Assembly (NCBI RefSeq): GCF_037042905.1
Contig: NC_087251.1
Span: 40,364,001 to 40,428,000, forward strand
DNA length: 64,000 bases
Source of the DNA: Lytechinus pictus
Lineage: Eukaryota
Direction of reading: 5' to 3'
Shown here: positions 25,894 to 38,720 of the stretch, piece by piece
How the letters are laid out: every line of letters begins with the position of its first letter
How positions within the stretch are numbered: position 1 is the first letter of the stretch
Made by a program: the position numbers and the translations under genes
The notes under the pieces: model-generated
Seen by the model: only the letters and a program-made list of their open reading frames with translations
Database searches by the model: none
Told to the model about the DNA's origin: nothing

Positions 25894-26461
25894 ATTTGAC
25901 CAAAATTGTCCATGAAAGTAACTACGAACTGGTCTAGCTATTTTCGACAGAGACTTCTAGGTTGCTATAGTGGTCCATGCTCATTTAGTTCCTTTCTTTT
26001 CAAGTCAGTATAAAAAAAAGATTTTGCGGCCTATCGGGGAAAATGTGGATGAAAATATTACCCCCCCCCCCATTGGCGAAAGCTGGATATGCCCCTGTTA
26101 GACATCATAAAGCAGTTATTTATCGAAAATAAGAGGAGGTATAGGGCTAAATAGTAGTACATTGGGGTGGGAATGATGCAGGAGAATGGCAGGCTTATTT
26201 ACGATCAAAATTCAATGAAACCAGATGTAATGTCAAACAAAGCCTCGGTGTTTACGTTATATTACGTAATGTCACTTCTTTATCAAATAAACTCCGTTGC
26301 AATGCCATCAGCTGCATCCTCAATGAAGTGATAGTTATATTCAAACAATAATTGAAGTGGCCTGATTCTTCATTCGACATTATTTTCTATTCTCTATTCA
26401 TGAAACAAGGGGCTAATTGATAAAATACTGAACGAAAATGATGTGGGATAATAATTACAAT

Positions 26462-27338
26462 AGGGCCGTCTGCACCATCCCGAGTTTTCAAATTAGCGCG
26501 CTATTTCTGATCCGGCAAATTATCCCGATCTGAAAAATCTCGAGATAGTTGGCGGTGCAGACGCAATTATCGCGCTAGTTCGTAGGATTAATCTCGAGAT
26601 TGCAATCCCAAGTCAACTCGGGTTTATTTGCAAAATAGCGCGCTATTTTACGAATTATCCCGCTAATTCGTCGGTGCAGACGCACTCGAGATTGGACTCG
26701 GGGTAATTTATTCATGACGTCAGTCCATAATGCAATTCGCGTTCCACTTCCGCCTTGGTCAAAACATAAACACGTGCGAAAGTCAACTTTATACATGCGA
26801 ATAGCGTTCATAAGCAACGATGGTGTCCCACCAGTGAATGGATTTTGGGAGAGACCAGACCGAAGGGGGAGGCGCTCATCGACGATGGTCATATTCAATA
26901 ACAACACTGACAGCAGTGTTGTCTTATTCCTTCGCAAAATGTGAGCAAATAGCATTTCTTTCCTCCTTCTCTCCCTCTCTCTCTCTCTGTCGTTGCCTCC
27001 TACTCCGCCATCATAATTAACGAAGAATACATCACTTCTTCACTCGCTGAGCTGAGAGGATTGTTGCATAACACCGGTTGAATTCGGCGAAAGTGCTAGT
27101 GAAAGGAGTACATTGCTTGCATATCGCGGGAAGTTATTCAAAAGCGCGGGCCGTTGAAACTCCAAGATCCGAAAGTGCGCATGCTCGTAATATCGGGCTT
27201 GTTGCCTCGCTCGAGCAGGAATCGCTCTTCGTGGGATGGTGCAGACGGGGTTTCTTGAATCTCGAGATTAATCGCGAAGAGGGCTGATCGGGCTAAAATC
27301 TCGAGATTGAGCAAACTCGGGATGGTGCAGCACCGCCT
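26462..27338 (-). mobile_element. PIF/Harbinger deletion derivative with transposase N-terminal remnant
   Basis: TIR core CTGCACCATCCCGAGTTT at both ends and AAT on both flanks. Subterminal repeats GGTGCAGACG and AATCTCGAGATT. Minus-strand remnant reads SVWSLPKSIHWWDTIV..IRMY/KLTF. Confidence 0.78.
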
Positions 27339-28610
27339 AATATGTCGTGTTCGGCGGGGGGGGGGGGGGGGGGGGGGGGTAAGCAAAGCAATCGATCGAG
27401 CCAAAGAAACAAAAACAAAATGTGGAAGGGTTTGAAGGTAGGAAGATTTTTCACAATTTTTGCATGAATAAGGACAGAGGTCATCCGTGATTGCATCCTT
27501 AAAATATGCAAAGAAGCGTAGCGACCGAGAGCGAAAAATTGTCTTAAACCAGTGGAACTTCTTATTGTTTTTTTCGAAAATAGATTTTTTTTCCCCCAGT
27601 AAAACATAGCATTTTGAAGTACCCACAAAATATACAGCACTGAAAAGCCATTTGTGATTTTTTTTTTCGTGTAAATAAAATAAGCATTTTGAATTATATA
27701 TATCAAAAGACATTCCAATGAAAGGGCGTTTGTAAAAAAAAAAACAATACTAAAATAATAGTTGCCATTTTGAACCTACAACACGCATGGTATTGGGAGC
27801 TGAAGTGAAGGGGGGTGTTTGGGGGTACCCTGTTAAAGTAAAATCACCGAAATTGTATAAATTGAGGATCACCAGCCCTATACTATTCCAATCCATTTTT
27901 TGTACTTGTTTTAAATGATTTTTTTAATAGATCAGTTCATTTATTTGATACTTTCAACATAAACAACATTATGTTGTTTTATATGATAGTATAATTAAGA
28001 CACGATACGGACATATGCCTATCAAAATATGCTGCAAATAACTGTGATAAAAGCAAAAGCAAGCAAACGAGTAAAAAACATGAGTGAAGAATATCATGTA
28101 GGTTACCACCGGCATGCGAGCAGGGGATGGGTGGACGGGAGGGGAAGGGGGAGAGGGACAGAGAAACGTGAGGTAAAAATATGTTATCCCCTTTCCTTTC
28201 TCTTTCTCCTTTTGTTCGTATTTTACTCTTCTTTCCTCTCCCCCCCCCCCACCCCTCTCTATCTCTTTCTCCCTATATTATGTATTATATAGCCCTTTTT
28301 TTGAAAGGAGAATTTCACCAAGACAAAGTATAATTATTATAAAAATACCAGAAAAGATAATGAAAGGTATTGGCGAAGGTTTGAGGAAGTTTATTAGAAT
28401 TTATTAATTTGTGACGTCCTATGCGAGCAACTTCTCCATTTATCGTGTAGTAAAAATAAATGATAAAATGTTCTTTTCTCAAAAACTTGAAAATTATTTT
28501 ATAGTACATTCAGAATATCAACGGGCCAATTATTTCACATCTGCTCCTAAAAGAAATACATTTTTAGTCATCATGGCCCGTTGAAAAAAATTAAATTCAT
28601 GCATATTATA

Positions 28611-29138
28611 TTAAAGGTCAAGTCCACCCCAGAAAGAACGTTGATTTGAATAAATAGAGAAAAATCAAACTAGCGTCACGCTGATAATTTCATCAAAATC
28701 GGATGTAAAATAAGAAAGTCAATTTTTCATAAAACGGTGATATGCACAACTCAGTGATAATATACAATATTTAATTTTTACCGATTTTACAATAAGGCCA
28801 ACTTGACTGAACCATATAGTATTAAACAATGTTAATTCCACATGCTCAGGGAGGAATTAATCGTTGTTTCACTTGACAATTAGGAGACAATTAGAATATT
28901 TCATATTTAATATAATAAAATACAAAAGAAAAGTGAGTGACGTCATCAGTTCCCTCACTTGCATACCAACCGGGATGTGCATGTAACTACTAGTATTATT
29001 TGAAATTAAGCGAAACTTAAAAATGCCATAACTTTCTTATTTTACATCCGATTTTGATGAAATTTGCAGTGTTATGCTCGTTAGATTTTTCTCTTTTTAT
29101 TCAAATCAACTTTTTGTTGGGGTGGACTTGTCCTTTAG
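28611..29138. mobile_element. Family B TTAA MITE, full copy
   Basis: TTAA|AGGTCAAGTCCACCCC ... GGGGTGGACTTGTCCT|TTAG. Confidence 0.88.
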
Positions 29139-31695
29139 ATAACATAATATGCATTTTTTCACGATTACTGCAAGTTCTTAAAATGTCCCCATGTTAGGTC
29201 TGAATATAAAAAAAAACTTCAGCTCGCACTTTGCTCCTTTGTTTAATGATGAGTTAGGTATGCTCTCATGAATTAATTAAAAACAGTCCTTAAAATGTAA
29301 ATTTTTAGGTCTGAATGTCGAATTATTTAACTAGCGAGATACCATGCTCGTCACGAATTTTTACAGACAGTGCTTTAAATGTGCACCCTTTTCAGTTCTG
29401 AACAGAGATGAAATATCATTATTAGCAGTCAAAAAGTTCTTCATAAATAATGTTATTTTAATCTGTTTTCATATCATAAATCTAGCTCGTGTATAATTTG
29501 CACGGTAGAGAATGATATAATCTCCGCCATTGCATAGTTTTAAATTGCACAAAATTCATATATATTTTATATAACTCATGAAATCATACTTTTTGCTCTA
29601 AATTCACTAAATAGAACTCCTATAAATTTAATTTTGGGTGTAAATGTTCCTTGTGGCATTCCTAACAACTACATATGAAAAGAAATCCGCTACCAAAATC
29701 AATGTCCTATGTATTTTATTGGTTTTTCTTTTGTTTTTCGTATGTATTTCTTTCATTTCTTATTGTCATTGTTTTTCGACAAAATTCATCGGGGACATTA
29801 TTTCAGTAATAAAATAGCATCAAATCAAATGACTATTGTCAATAAAAGTAAGAATAAGCACTCATTTATGAATTTTATATGAAACAAACTTTGAATTGAC
29901 TTTCTACATGAGATATACTAGTATACGTTTTTGAGCAATTTCGGGATGACATGCACTTACATAAGGTTGCGTAATTTCGTAACCGTGTGCCAGGGCATCG
30001 CAAATTTGGTCTCAAAATTTGTGCGAGACTTGAAGGTAAAAAGTCAGTAAACGATGCGGTCAAAAAATTCGCGCAGCGGATGATTCGCGAAAAATGTCGA
30101 GAGGGGGGGGGGGGCTGATAAGCCCCCTCTATTTGGGAGTCAATATACAAAAACAAAATCAGCTCGCGCTTTGCGCTCGTATTGCTTATTTAATGAAACA
30201 CGTGGCATGATTGCAAAAAAAATATAGTACTTAGTTAGAATGTATATTATTTTCAGATCTCATAAATATTTTTTTTATTAGCTTGCGCTTCGTGCTCTCA
30301 TTATTTGATTAGTGAGATATGTATGATCTTCCTGAAGTCCTGGAAATTGTCCTTAAAATGAATCTGTTTAGGTCAATGGCTATTGAGCGTGCTTCTCGCA
30401 CTCACCAATGAAGTCCCCTCATGCCATGACACATGGTACGCCACTAATAGGGCATGAATCGCACCAAAAGTCACAAAGAAAAAATACTGACACATGACGG
30501 ACCTTCTCATCGTCTGTAAAGGGTGTTGTTTTCTTACACAAAGAACAAGCATTTGAATATACAGATATTTATAGGTAGATCAGAAGGGAACTGAATGGTA
30601 TTTGATATTCATCAAGTTAAAACTTTAGCAAGTAACACATTATAACACTGTTCTTACGTAATCAGACAATTATGTACAAGAGTATATATTACGTAATAAT
30701 CGATAGAGTATTTTTCGTAAATTTAATTCCGTCATTGTTCTTCATCCAGTAAATAAATCTTTCTTGGGTGATGAAACTTGATAGTATTTGGCTAAATTGC
30801 CTCCCTATCATTTAGGCCTAAACTTGTGCATCTCATAAAAGTTTGCTAGGAGTAGTAATTTTATCGAAGACATGATTCTGGTGGCGATGGTCTGGCTGTT
30901 TCAGCCATAACACTCTCACTTATACTGATTTAATCTTGTATGATAACATATTAAAATAACATTATTTATGAAGAACTTTTTTGACTGCTAATAATGATAT
31001 TTCATCTCTGTTCACATAAAAACCGAAATCATACCGAATTCATACCGGTTTGAATTCTGTATCAGGAGCACTTCTTCCTTCAAGGTGTGGGCTATGGCAT
31101 CAGGGCCATCCCATTTATGATTATGATAATCAAAAAAATTATTCTAAAAATCGCAATTTGTGTTTATATGCAAAGGGAGAGGTGACTTGTAATCGAATCT
31201 GTCGGAATCTTCACATGAAAAGTTCCAGTTCGGCATATAGATCCATATGTGGAAAACTAAGGCATACATCTCCCTTTGGATGAATGAATGAATTAAATTA
31301 TTGGGAGAGGGATAGGAAAAGATGAAGAGTTGCCTAATATTACGCAACAGTATTGATCAATGAACTATACATATGGGACGTGTTTCGAATCCTTGCTCAT
31401 CGGCCGGACTTTTTTTCTTTTTTTTTACAGACGTTGTCTTTTTTATGCTCATCTCACCGGTTAAGACTGTCTGCAAGATTACGTAATCCTCTTGATCCAC
31501 GTGATATCTTTGTTTGTATATCTTCGATGTTTCAGAAATAAGAGAGAGGACAGGGATGGTGATAGATAAACAATTAGATACGGAAAGATAGTACGACTGA
31601 TATAAAGATATAGAAACTAAAAGACAGTGAAGGCAGATTGATCGATGAAGCTTGAAGCTAGGATAGACTGATGTACAACAGGAACTTGTTATGTA

Positions 31696-31952
31696 TTTTT
31701 TTTTTCTGTTTTATGGTAACTCCCGTAGGAACTCGGCAGGACAGCATTTTGCTGGTAAACGCCAAGCTGGTATATAACCAATTACCTATAGGAAATATTT
31801 TACGTCTAGGTTAATCAGTCACAGTGGCTGACCTCACACGACAGATATTACTCTCTGGCCTTTTTATCAAAGTGGAGACAATGGCAAAGTTGGGATTCGA
31901 ACTCACAACCTTGTGATTATGAGTCCAATGCTCTAACCACTGGACCACACGG
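31696..31952 (-). mobile_element. tRNA-derived SINE with A-tail
   Basis: Minus strand: CCGTGTGGTCCAGTGGTTAGAGC (A-box) ... GAGTTCGAATCCCA (B-box), a body of about 180 nt, then an A10 tail. The anticodon stem does not pair. Confidence 0.78.
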
Positions 31953-34832
31953 TAGGAAATGAAACGACAAAATTATGACAGAAAAATAAAGAAAACGTCT
32001 TCTCATAAGGAGACGTTTCTGTTATCTTCATGTCATATAAAAATTGAACATTGTTGCTTACATTATAAACAGAACAACCCTAAATAAACAAGGTTGTATA
32101 ATACACAGTTTGTTATTGTTTTTACTCTATATAATAATTTATTTCTATTTGGTGATTTTTTACCCGAGTGCTAAGAAAGCATGAATGCTTGTAAGCAAGC
32201 AACCTGAGGCAGGCGCGTAGCCAAGTGGGGGGCGGTGGAGGCGGTCGCCCCCCCCCCCAAAACATCCCCAAAAAGAAAAAAAAAGGGGGAAAGGGAGAAA
32301 AAGAAAGAGCGAAGGGAGAAAAGGGAAGAAGGGTATAGCTTTATTGTTGTTTCTTTCGTTTTTGTCAAACATGTCAAAAGAATAAAAACCTAAACGAGAT
32401 GTCTTTCTCTCTCTTCATACAAAATTTTGCTTCCGCGCTCCACGCGGGAAAAAATATCAGAATTGCCTTTCCCCTTTGTTTCCCACACCTTTTTTCCGGG
32501 CTTTTTTTCTACTCCGTTTTTCCCCTTCCCGGCCATGGGAATCCCACTCTTGCCAGATATTACAAAGTATACATGGGTAGTATGAAAAACATTTTTTTTA
32601 ATTGCACTGACACAAAATTTCGGCTCTTCTGTTCAGAGGGGGTGAACTTTTATACCGTCTCTCCCCGAGTCCCCTAATGCTACATGTATTTCTTCCATTT
32701 TTCAGCAAGCAATTTTTTGGCAAAGTATCTGCTAAAAGGAGGAAGCATTAAATTCGTGCCGTGCCATATGCAAAAGCAGGTACGATGAAACTTTATTATA
32801 TATCGCTGCACGTCAATCTCCGGTCCTGTTTCGGTTTTGCGCCATTGATTTGACATTTAGAATATCACTTAAGTTTCTTAATATTCTATTGATATTATGA
32901 GAAAAATTACACAATTTTTTTTCTTCCAAAATAAGTCACAGAAGTTTCCGTGCTTCGCTTGCAAAGGAAAGGATAAATCCCGCTTCTAGCTAGCATCATC
33001 CCTTTCACATTCTGATCTATATTTTTCTTCGTATTATCTAAGAAATATCCAAATTAGACCAGGTTAAAGTTTCAGAGAAATTTCTAAAATTCAGAGCTTG
33101 AACGCCATTCGCAGGAAGAAATATTTCCTCCCTGCTTATACCCGCTTTCTACTCTGTTTTGCGAGTTAAAGAAATTTAATGTGGCTAAAGTTTTTACAAC
33201 ACAATCTGATGTGACTAAGGTAGGTATTTTATACCACTTCTGTTCTCTTTTTTTTTATAAAACGTCTTAGCTTACGCGCTTCGCGCGGTAAGAGGAATTA
33301 TTTTGAATTCCTCAATCTTTCCCATTTTGTGGGCGCCCATCTTTTCTTTTGAAAACGGGTTTTGTTTTTAATCATAGCAAGTCAATTGAATTCGTGTTGA
33401 TAAGTGTATTAGGGGTATATATAGGGTATATATATTAAACAGAATAAAAAAAAGTAGATGATATGAATCAAAGGCCTGGTCTAAGAGATTAGTACCATTT
33501 ATTACATAACATATTTTATTTCTTTCTACATGGTGGATAGTTTTAACCCTGGAGCTAATATAGATGTTTTAACCAACACACCAGTGCAACCATCTCGTTT
33601 GAAGAAGATATCTTTTCCCCGTTGCCGATTGCACAGTCCGAGAACAGTATGTAGGCCTAATGATTAGATGACCGTATGTTCCCTGAACGGGAGCATTACA
33701 TTACGTAACATTACATGACCGTTGTAAGGACATTCAGGGATAAGAATATAAATTAGAGCAAGGTTTAGTTTCAAAAAGAAATTATAAAAAACACGAAAAG
33801 CAGGGCATGAGGCATGAGGTCCTTCTTCAGGAGGCCTAGTTACATAAATATATACCACCCTATTCATACGGCCACACCAGTGATCTCCCTATACCGACGA
33901 AACCCCAGCGAAACCCATTGATTTTGTGTCATTATACTTGGTAATAACGTGATAACTTTTGTTTTGACCTGTTCCGCTGATGAGGATAAAGTTCAGTCTC
34001 TTCTCACTGATCGCCACACCGTTAGTCCAGTACAGTATAGGCGGTCCATGGTCCAGAGAAGGAAGTCTGATATATTGGGGGGGGGGGGGTGGTAGGGGTG
34101 TTAATTCGGTATCCGTTTGCTCCCTTTCTGGGAAATGTCCTGAAAGTGATGTAGGGGCCTATTTTGGAACTAATCTGAACCATAATTTATATATTAACAA
34201 ATAAGATTATAAGCATATTTCACCGTCTCGAACCCTCATAAAATCATATTGGAATAAATAAGATTCATTGGACTTTTCCTCTACTCTTTCATACGGCCTT
34301 ATTAGAGCGAATGTTATCGCAGACAGTCAGCCTAGTTTGTTGCTATTGACCCAGTGATTTATTTATTCCCTATCGAGCGAGGAGAACGATGCAGAATGTT
34401 TTAAAACCGAACACCACATGGTCATATTGTTACGTAATCCAACGCCGACGATCGAGCTGAGGGTTTTTTTTTATAACCGGACAAAATGTGGTTTGTATCC
34501 CAAGATTTTCCGAAAGGACAGGATCCGTCTGAGAGTTTGTCAAATTTTGTAACTACACCTTTCATTGGTATTTAGTATCTTGGTGGTTTTTCAGAAATGA
34601 TTTAAGTGCTGGTTTAGGCTATAAAAGATACTGGAAATCACTGCGTCATCAATATGCAACAGTTTGTTTATGATATGTTTATTTCTTCAGAATTCTTTTG
34701 ACAATAATTTGAAGTAGAATCAAAGCCACTTGTAGGCCTGTTTTGTTTGGCGTCACCCCGCGGCGTCACCTGAGCCTGGGAGGCGAAAAGCGACCCGCAG
34801 GTGGGCTACACCGGGCTTCTTGCAGTGGGTTC

Positions 34833-35189
34833 TTAAAGGGGTAATCCGGGCTGAAGATATTTATAGATATTTATATGTAAATAAAAATAGTAAAAATCAC
34901 AGAGCAAAATTTCATCAAAATCGGATAACAAATAACAAAGTTATTGAATTTTAAACATTTGCATTATTTCTTTGAAACAGTTCTAGGCATGCATGACTTC
35001 ATGAATATTCATTAGGTGGGCTGATGATGTCACATCCCCACTTTCCTTTTTCTTATGTTATAACATGAAATCATAATTGTTTCATGTTTTCATAAATGTG
35101 TAAATGATGTGTTTCCATTATGATTAAATATGTTGCAGCAAGAAATAACTAATGCACTTAGTCAGTTGTCAATATGCCTAGAACTGTTT
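34833..35189. mobile_element. Family A TTAA MITE, right-truncated
   Basis: TTAA|AGGGGTAATCCGGGCTGAAG, colinear with other family A left arms. Confidence 0.8.
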
Positions 35190-36705
35190 GCGTTTATGAC
35201 TTTTCCTGGGTGTATGTAAACTTCTGGCCTCAACTGTATATATATATATAATTATATCAACGTTGTATTCCGCACGAAATGCCGAAGGAATGAAGATGTC
35301 TTTTAGAGAAGGAAGATGTCGCGCTTCTTGAAATAAAACACACACAACTTTAATACCATGTGCAATGTTCACTTTATATTGTTTTGTTTTTTATCTGTTG
35401 ACCACAGGAGGCCTGATTGGAATACCGAAAAACCATACATAAGTAAACCAATAAAGAAACATTATATTTTTGAATAGGCCTTGATTTTTCTCTTATTGAA
35501 CTGTGAATGCAGATTTTCAATAGATTATAGTTCAGCCAGGGGTGTGTATTTGAAGATGAATAAAGCAGGGAAAATAACCCAATATTGGTTAATTCATGTT
35601 GGCTGCGGGGCATGTTTCTCATCTGAACCTAATAATTGTCAAATTATTTTGCCTTTTCTTGTGCTCTGTTTTATTCTACAGTCCCACTTTCCTTTTCTAA
35701 AGGAGAATTTCCTTTCTTTTATTTTCACAAGAATTACAATCAGCATTACTGCACGGCCGTTTATGTTTCCATATTACGTAACCTCGCAATTATGCGGTTA
35801 CACGATACTGGTAGAAGGTTGCGTACGTTGTTTCCATCCTACCAAGCATCCTTGTTCACGATCAATCCGCGAAGATTGGAGAAGACGAACTCTGATGGAG
35901 AAGATGTAAAGCCAAATAAACAAATCCAGGGATGAAAACCATACAGTTCGTTCTAGGAAGAAAATTGGACGGATACGGGATGGGTTTCATGGGCGGAGGG
36001 GGGGGGGGGGTGTGTTAAAAATGAATGAAATAAAGAATGTGATACGGGAAGTATTGTCTGGAAACAAATAAGTAAGCAAATAAATTGGTCCAAACATGAT
36101 TCCACGCAAAACGAGTGGATATTTTTCATAAACAAAAGTTGGTATGTTTATGAGTATATTAGACAGCCAAATATAGTTAAAGAGTGTCCGATTTAAAGGA
36201 AATTGACTTGAATATAAATATACCATGCTCAGAAACAATGAAATTATGCCTTCTCCAATGTATGGCTATATATCAGTAAGGTCATTTGGCGTTTAGGTGG
36301 AGGGGATACTTTGCCTATGTATGTTGCACCATACTAAAATGATTCATTTTCCCTTTTCATTTATTTAATTTAATTTCATTTATTCATATCCATTTTTCAT
36401 TAACATCACCAAAATTATCATAAGTACGTCATATTGTTAACAAAATGTACATAAGTTTCATACAAAACAAATGTTTAATATCAAAATGATCTTGTGAATG
36501 AAATGTTGACTGAATGGTATATAAAAAAGAAATATTTGGAAAATTAAATCTTTGATTTTATGATCGAAAAAATAATAACCAAGATGATGAGAAGTAAGCC
36601 AGTTTATTTTTAGCCTAGATGTGTCAAGACAAACGATCATTGTAATGTCATGGGCCGATGCAGGGGCGGATCCATCTCCCGCCAATAGGGGGGCCGGGCC
36701 CCTCC

Positions 36706-37065
36706 CCCCCTGGATCCGCCTATGGGCCGATGACACGGATAAGAATTGAGCAAGGGAAAAATGAGAAAGAAAAAAAATGAGTCAGACGAATAAATGAATA
36801 AACGATGAGACAGAGAATAGGACAAACAGAGACATAGGCAAGAGTGATAGGTTTCGGGGAGGGGTGAGGGTGTCTTTACGAACGCCCCACGCCCCCTGGA
36901 TCCGCCTATGGGCCGAGGAAACGGATAAAAATTGAGCAAGGGAAAAATGAGACAGAAAAAATGGGTCAGACGAATAAATGATTAAACGATGAGACAGAGA
37001 AAAGACAAACAGAGACATAGGCAAGAGTGATAGGTTTCGGGGAGGGGTGAGGGTGTCTTTACGAA
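36706..37065. repeat. Tandem duplication, two copies of about 185 bp
   Basis: CTGGATCCGCCTATGGGCCGA...GTCTTTACGAA repeated (TGGATCC at 36711 and 36897). Confidence 0.9.
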
Positions 37066-37935
37066 GTTTTCTTTTTTTTCCATTGTTGGTTTTCATTATT
37101 TTTGTTTATGTCAAGTATCTTAATTGGATTTGTAATCATTTTTTGTCATGTGTAACAGCATCTTTTTATTATGTATGCCCTGAACCCCGATGAAGAACAG
37201 CGTTGTTGTATTAACAAAGCTGAATGGGCTTATCCAGCCATTATGTACATACATTAATACCTTGTATTGTTTTTAATGTTGTGACATAGAAAAGTAAATA
37301 CCAATGCCAATACCAAAGACAAAGACAAATATATAGTAGGCTAGACAAGGATGTGAGAGAGACAAAGAAACAATCAATATTTTTTAGCATCATTGTTAAA
37401 AAAATGGGGGAATATCTGACAAAATTAAATGAAAGGGAATCGGAAATCGAAAGGAGTGGATTACGTAACATCGGTAGGTCGATGGCCGAGCGACGAAGGA
37501 CATGTTGAAAGTTGGTAACATGAAAAACAACTTCTGCTCATGTACTCACTATCAAAACTTACACACTTCCTTTATGCCATGAAATATAATTGATGTATGA
37601 AACAGATTTTGAAATTGTAGGTCTAGAACAATGTCATTCGCTTCACATGGTATTTATATACAACTTATCAACTTATCCAACTTAGATTTGTCAAGATTTC
37701 AAGATTTTTTTTTTATTTCATTCTCATTTCCATTTTTCATTACTATATAATGAATATAATATTTCTATGCATTTCCTACGCTTTGTATTATCGTCTCAAA
37801 ATTTATTTATACAAATACATTGTAAAGGCACCGGGAGCAATGAATTTCGATGACGATTCAGTTAATACCATCTGGTACGACCCTTTTCAGCAGCTATCAA
37901 CTGCAACTAGATTGCGGGCACAATTAACGCCCATA

Positions 37936-38090
37936 ACTGGGCGTTTTGGTGTGCGCCTGTAATCCAAGCTGCGAGGGGTAGTTACAAATTGATATAGAGG
38001 TTCGAGCCCTGGTCAAGTCTTTCGGATGGTGACGTTAAATGTCGGTCCAGACGTAAATCATATCTGATTGATACACGTCTGTAAAAACTC
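37936..38090 (+). mobile_element. SINE-like element: 7SL/Alu-like head, B-box, Deu/Nin-like core, 3' stem-loop
   Basis: Head CTGGGCGTTTTGGTGTGCGCCTGTAATCCAAGCT; B-box GGTTCGAGCCC; core GTCTTTCGGATGGTGACGTTAAATGTCGGTCC; hairpin CAGACGT..AATCA-TATC-TGATT..ACGTCTG. Confidence 0.6.
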
Positions 38091-38319
38091 ATCCCTCCAT
38101 CCCCCAATCAATGGTAATAAGGATGATTTGTAGTCGAGCGCCATCTCCTGTCATCTGCGTTAGATGTATGTATTTCATTTCCTATAAAATAATTGAATTG
38201 TTAACAAAAGTTTTTTCAGACATCTCCAACATTTTTTTTACTAAGTTTTTATCATTTAAAGTGGGATTACATTTCATATTTCATTTAATATTTTGTTTAT
38301 CAGCACTTTTTCCAAGCTT

Positions 38320-38720
38320 GACAATGATTAACAGAAGGAAACTCAGGCCTAAGCCATTTCATTATGAATCACAGCTCCGTGTAAAGCAAGTATCACTACG
38401 ATGGCCTCGGTATATGGGAAGGGAGGGGGGCGCAATGGCGCTCTATGAAGTGTTTTGGGTAAGGAAACAAGTTAAAAAGGTAAACGATATCTTCAAATCC
38501 ATCTTCATAGTAAAAGTCCATGTGTTCTTTATGATTCACGTTTACTTTTATTCACATAACTATTTCCAATTTCTGCGCACATCATTTTTCACAAAATTAT
38601 CAAAAGTAAGGGTGCTCACTCACGCTGAAAGATATTTCGAAAGTTATATCGTCAAAAAAGCATCAGAATATTATAAATATATAAATTTTAAAGAATTATT
38701 TCTAAGTGAAAACTTTTTTG
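38320..38720. repeat. Interspersed repeat, copy 2 (see 6850-7247)
   Basis: Colinear similarity to 6850-7247. Confidence 0.75.

Noticed and set aside
31890..31952. Possible tRNA-Met gene (CAT in the loop, minus strand)
   Set aside because: The anticodon stem is mismatched, the acceptor stem is not convincing, and it runs into a body and A-tail, so it is a SINE head.
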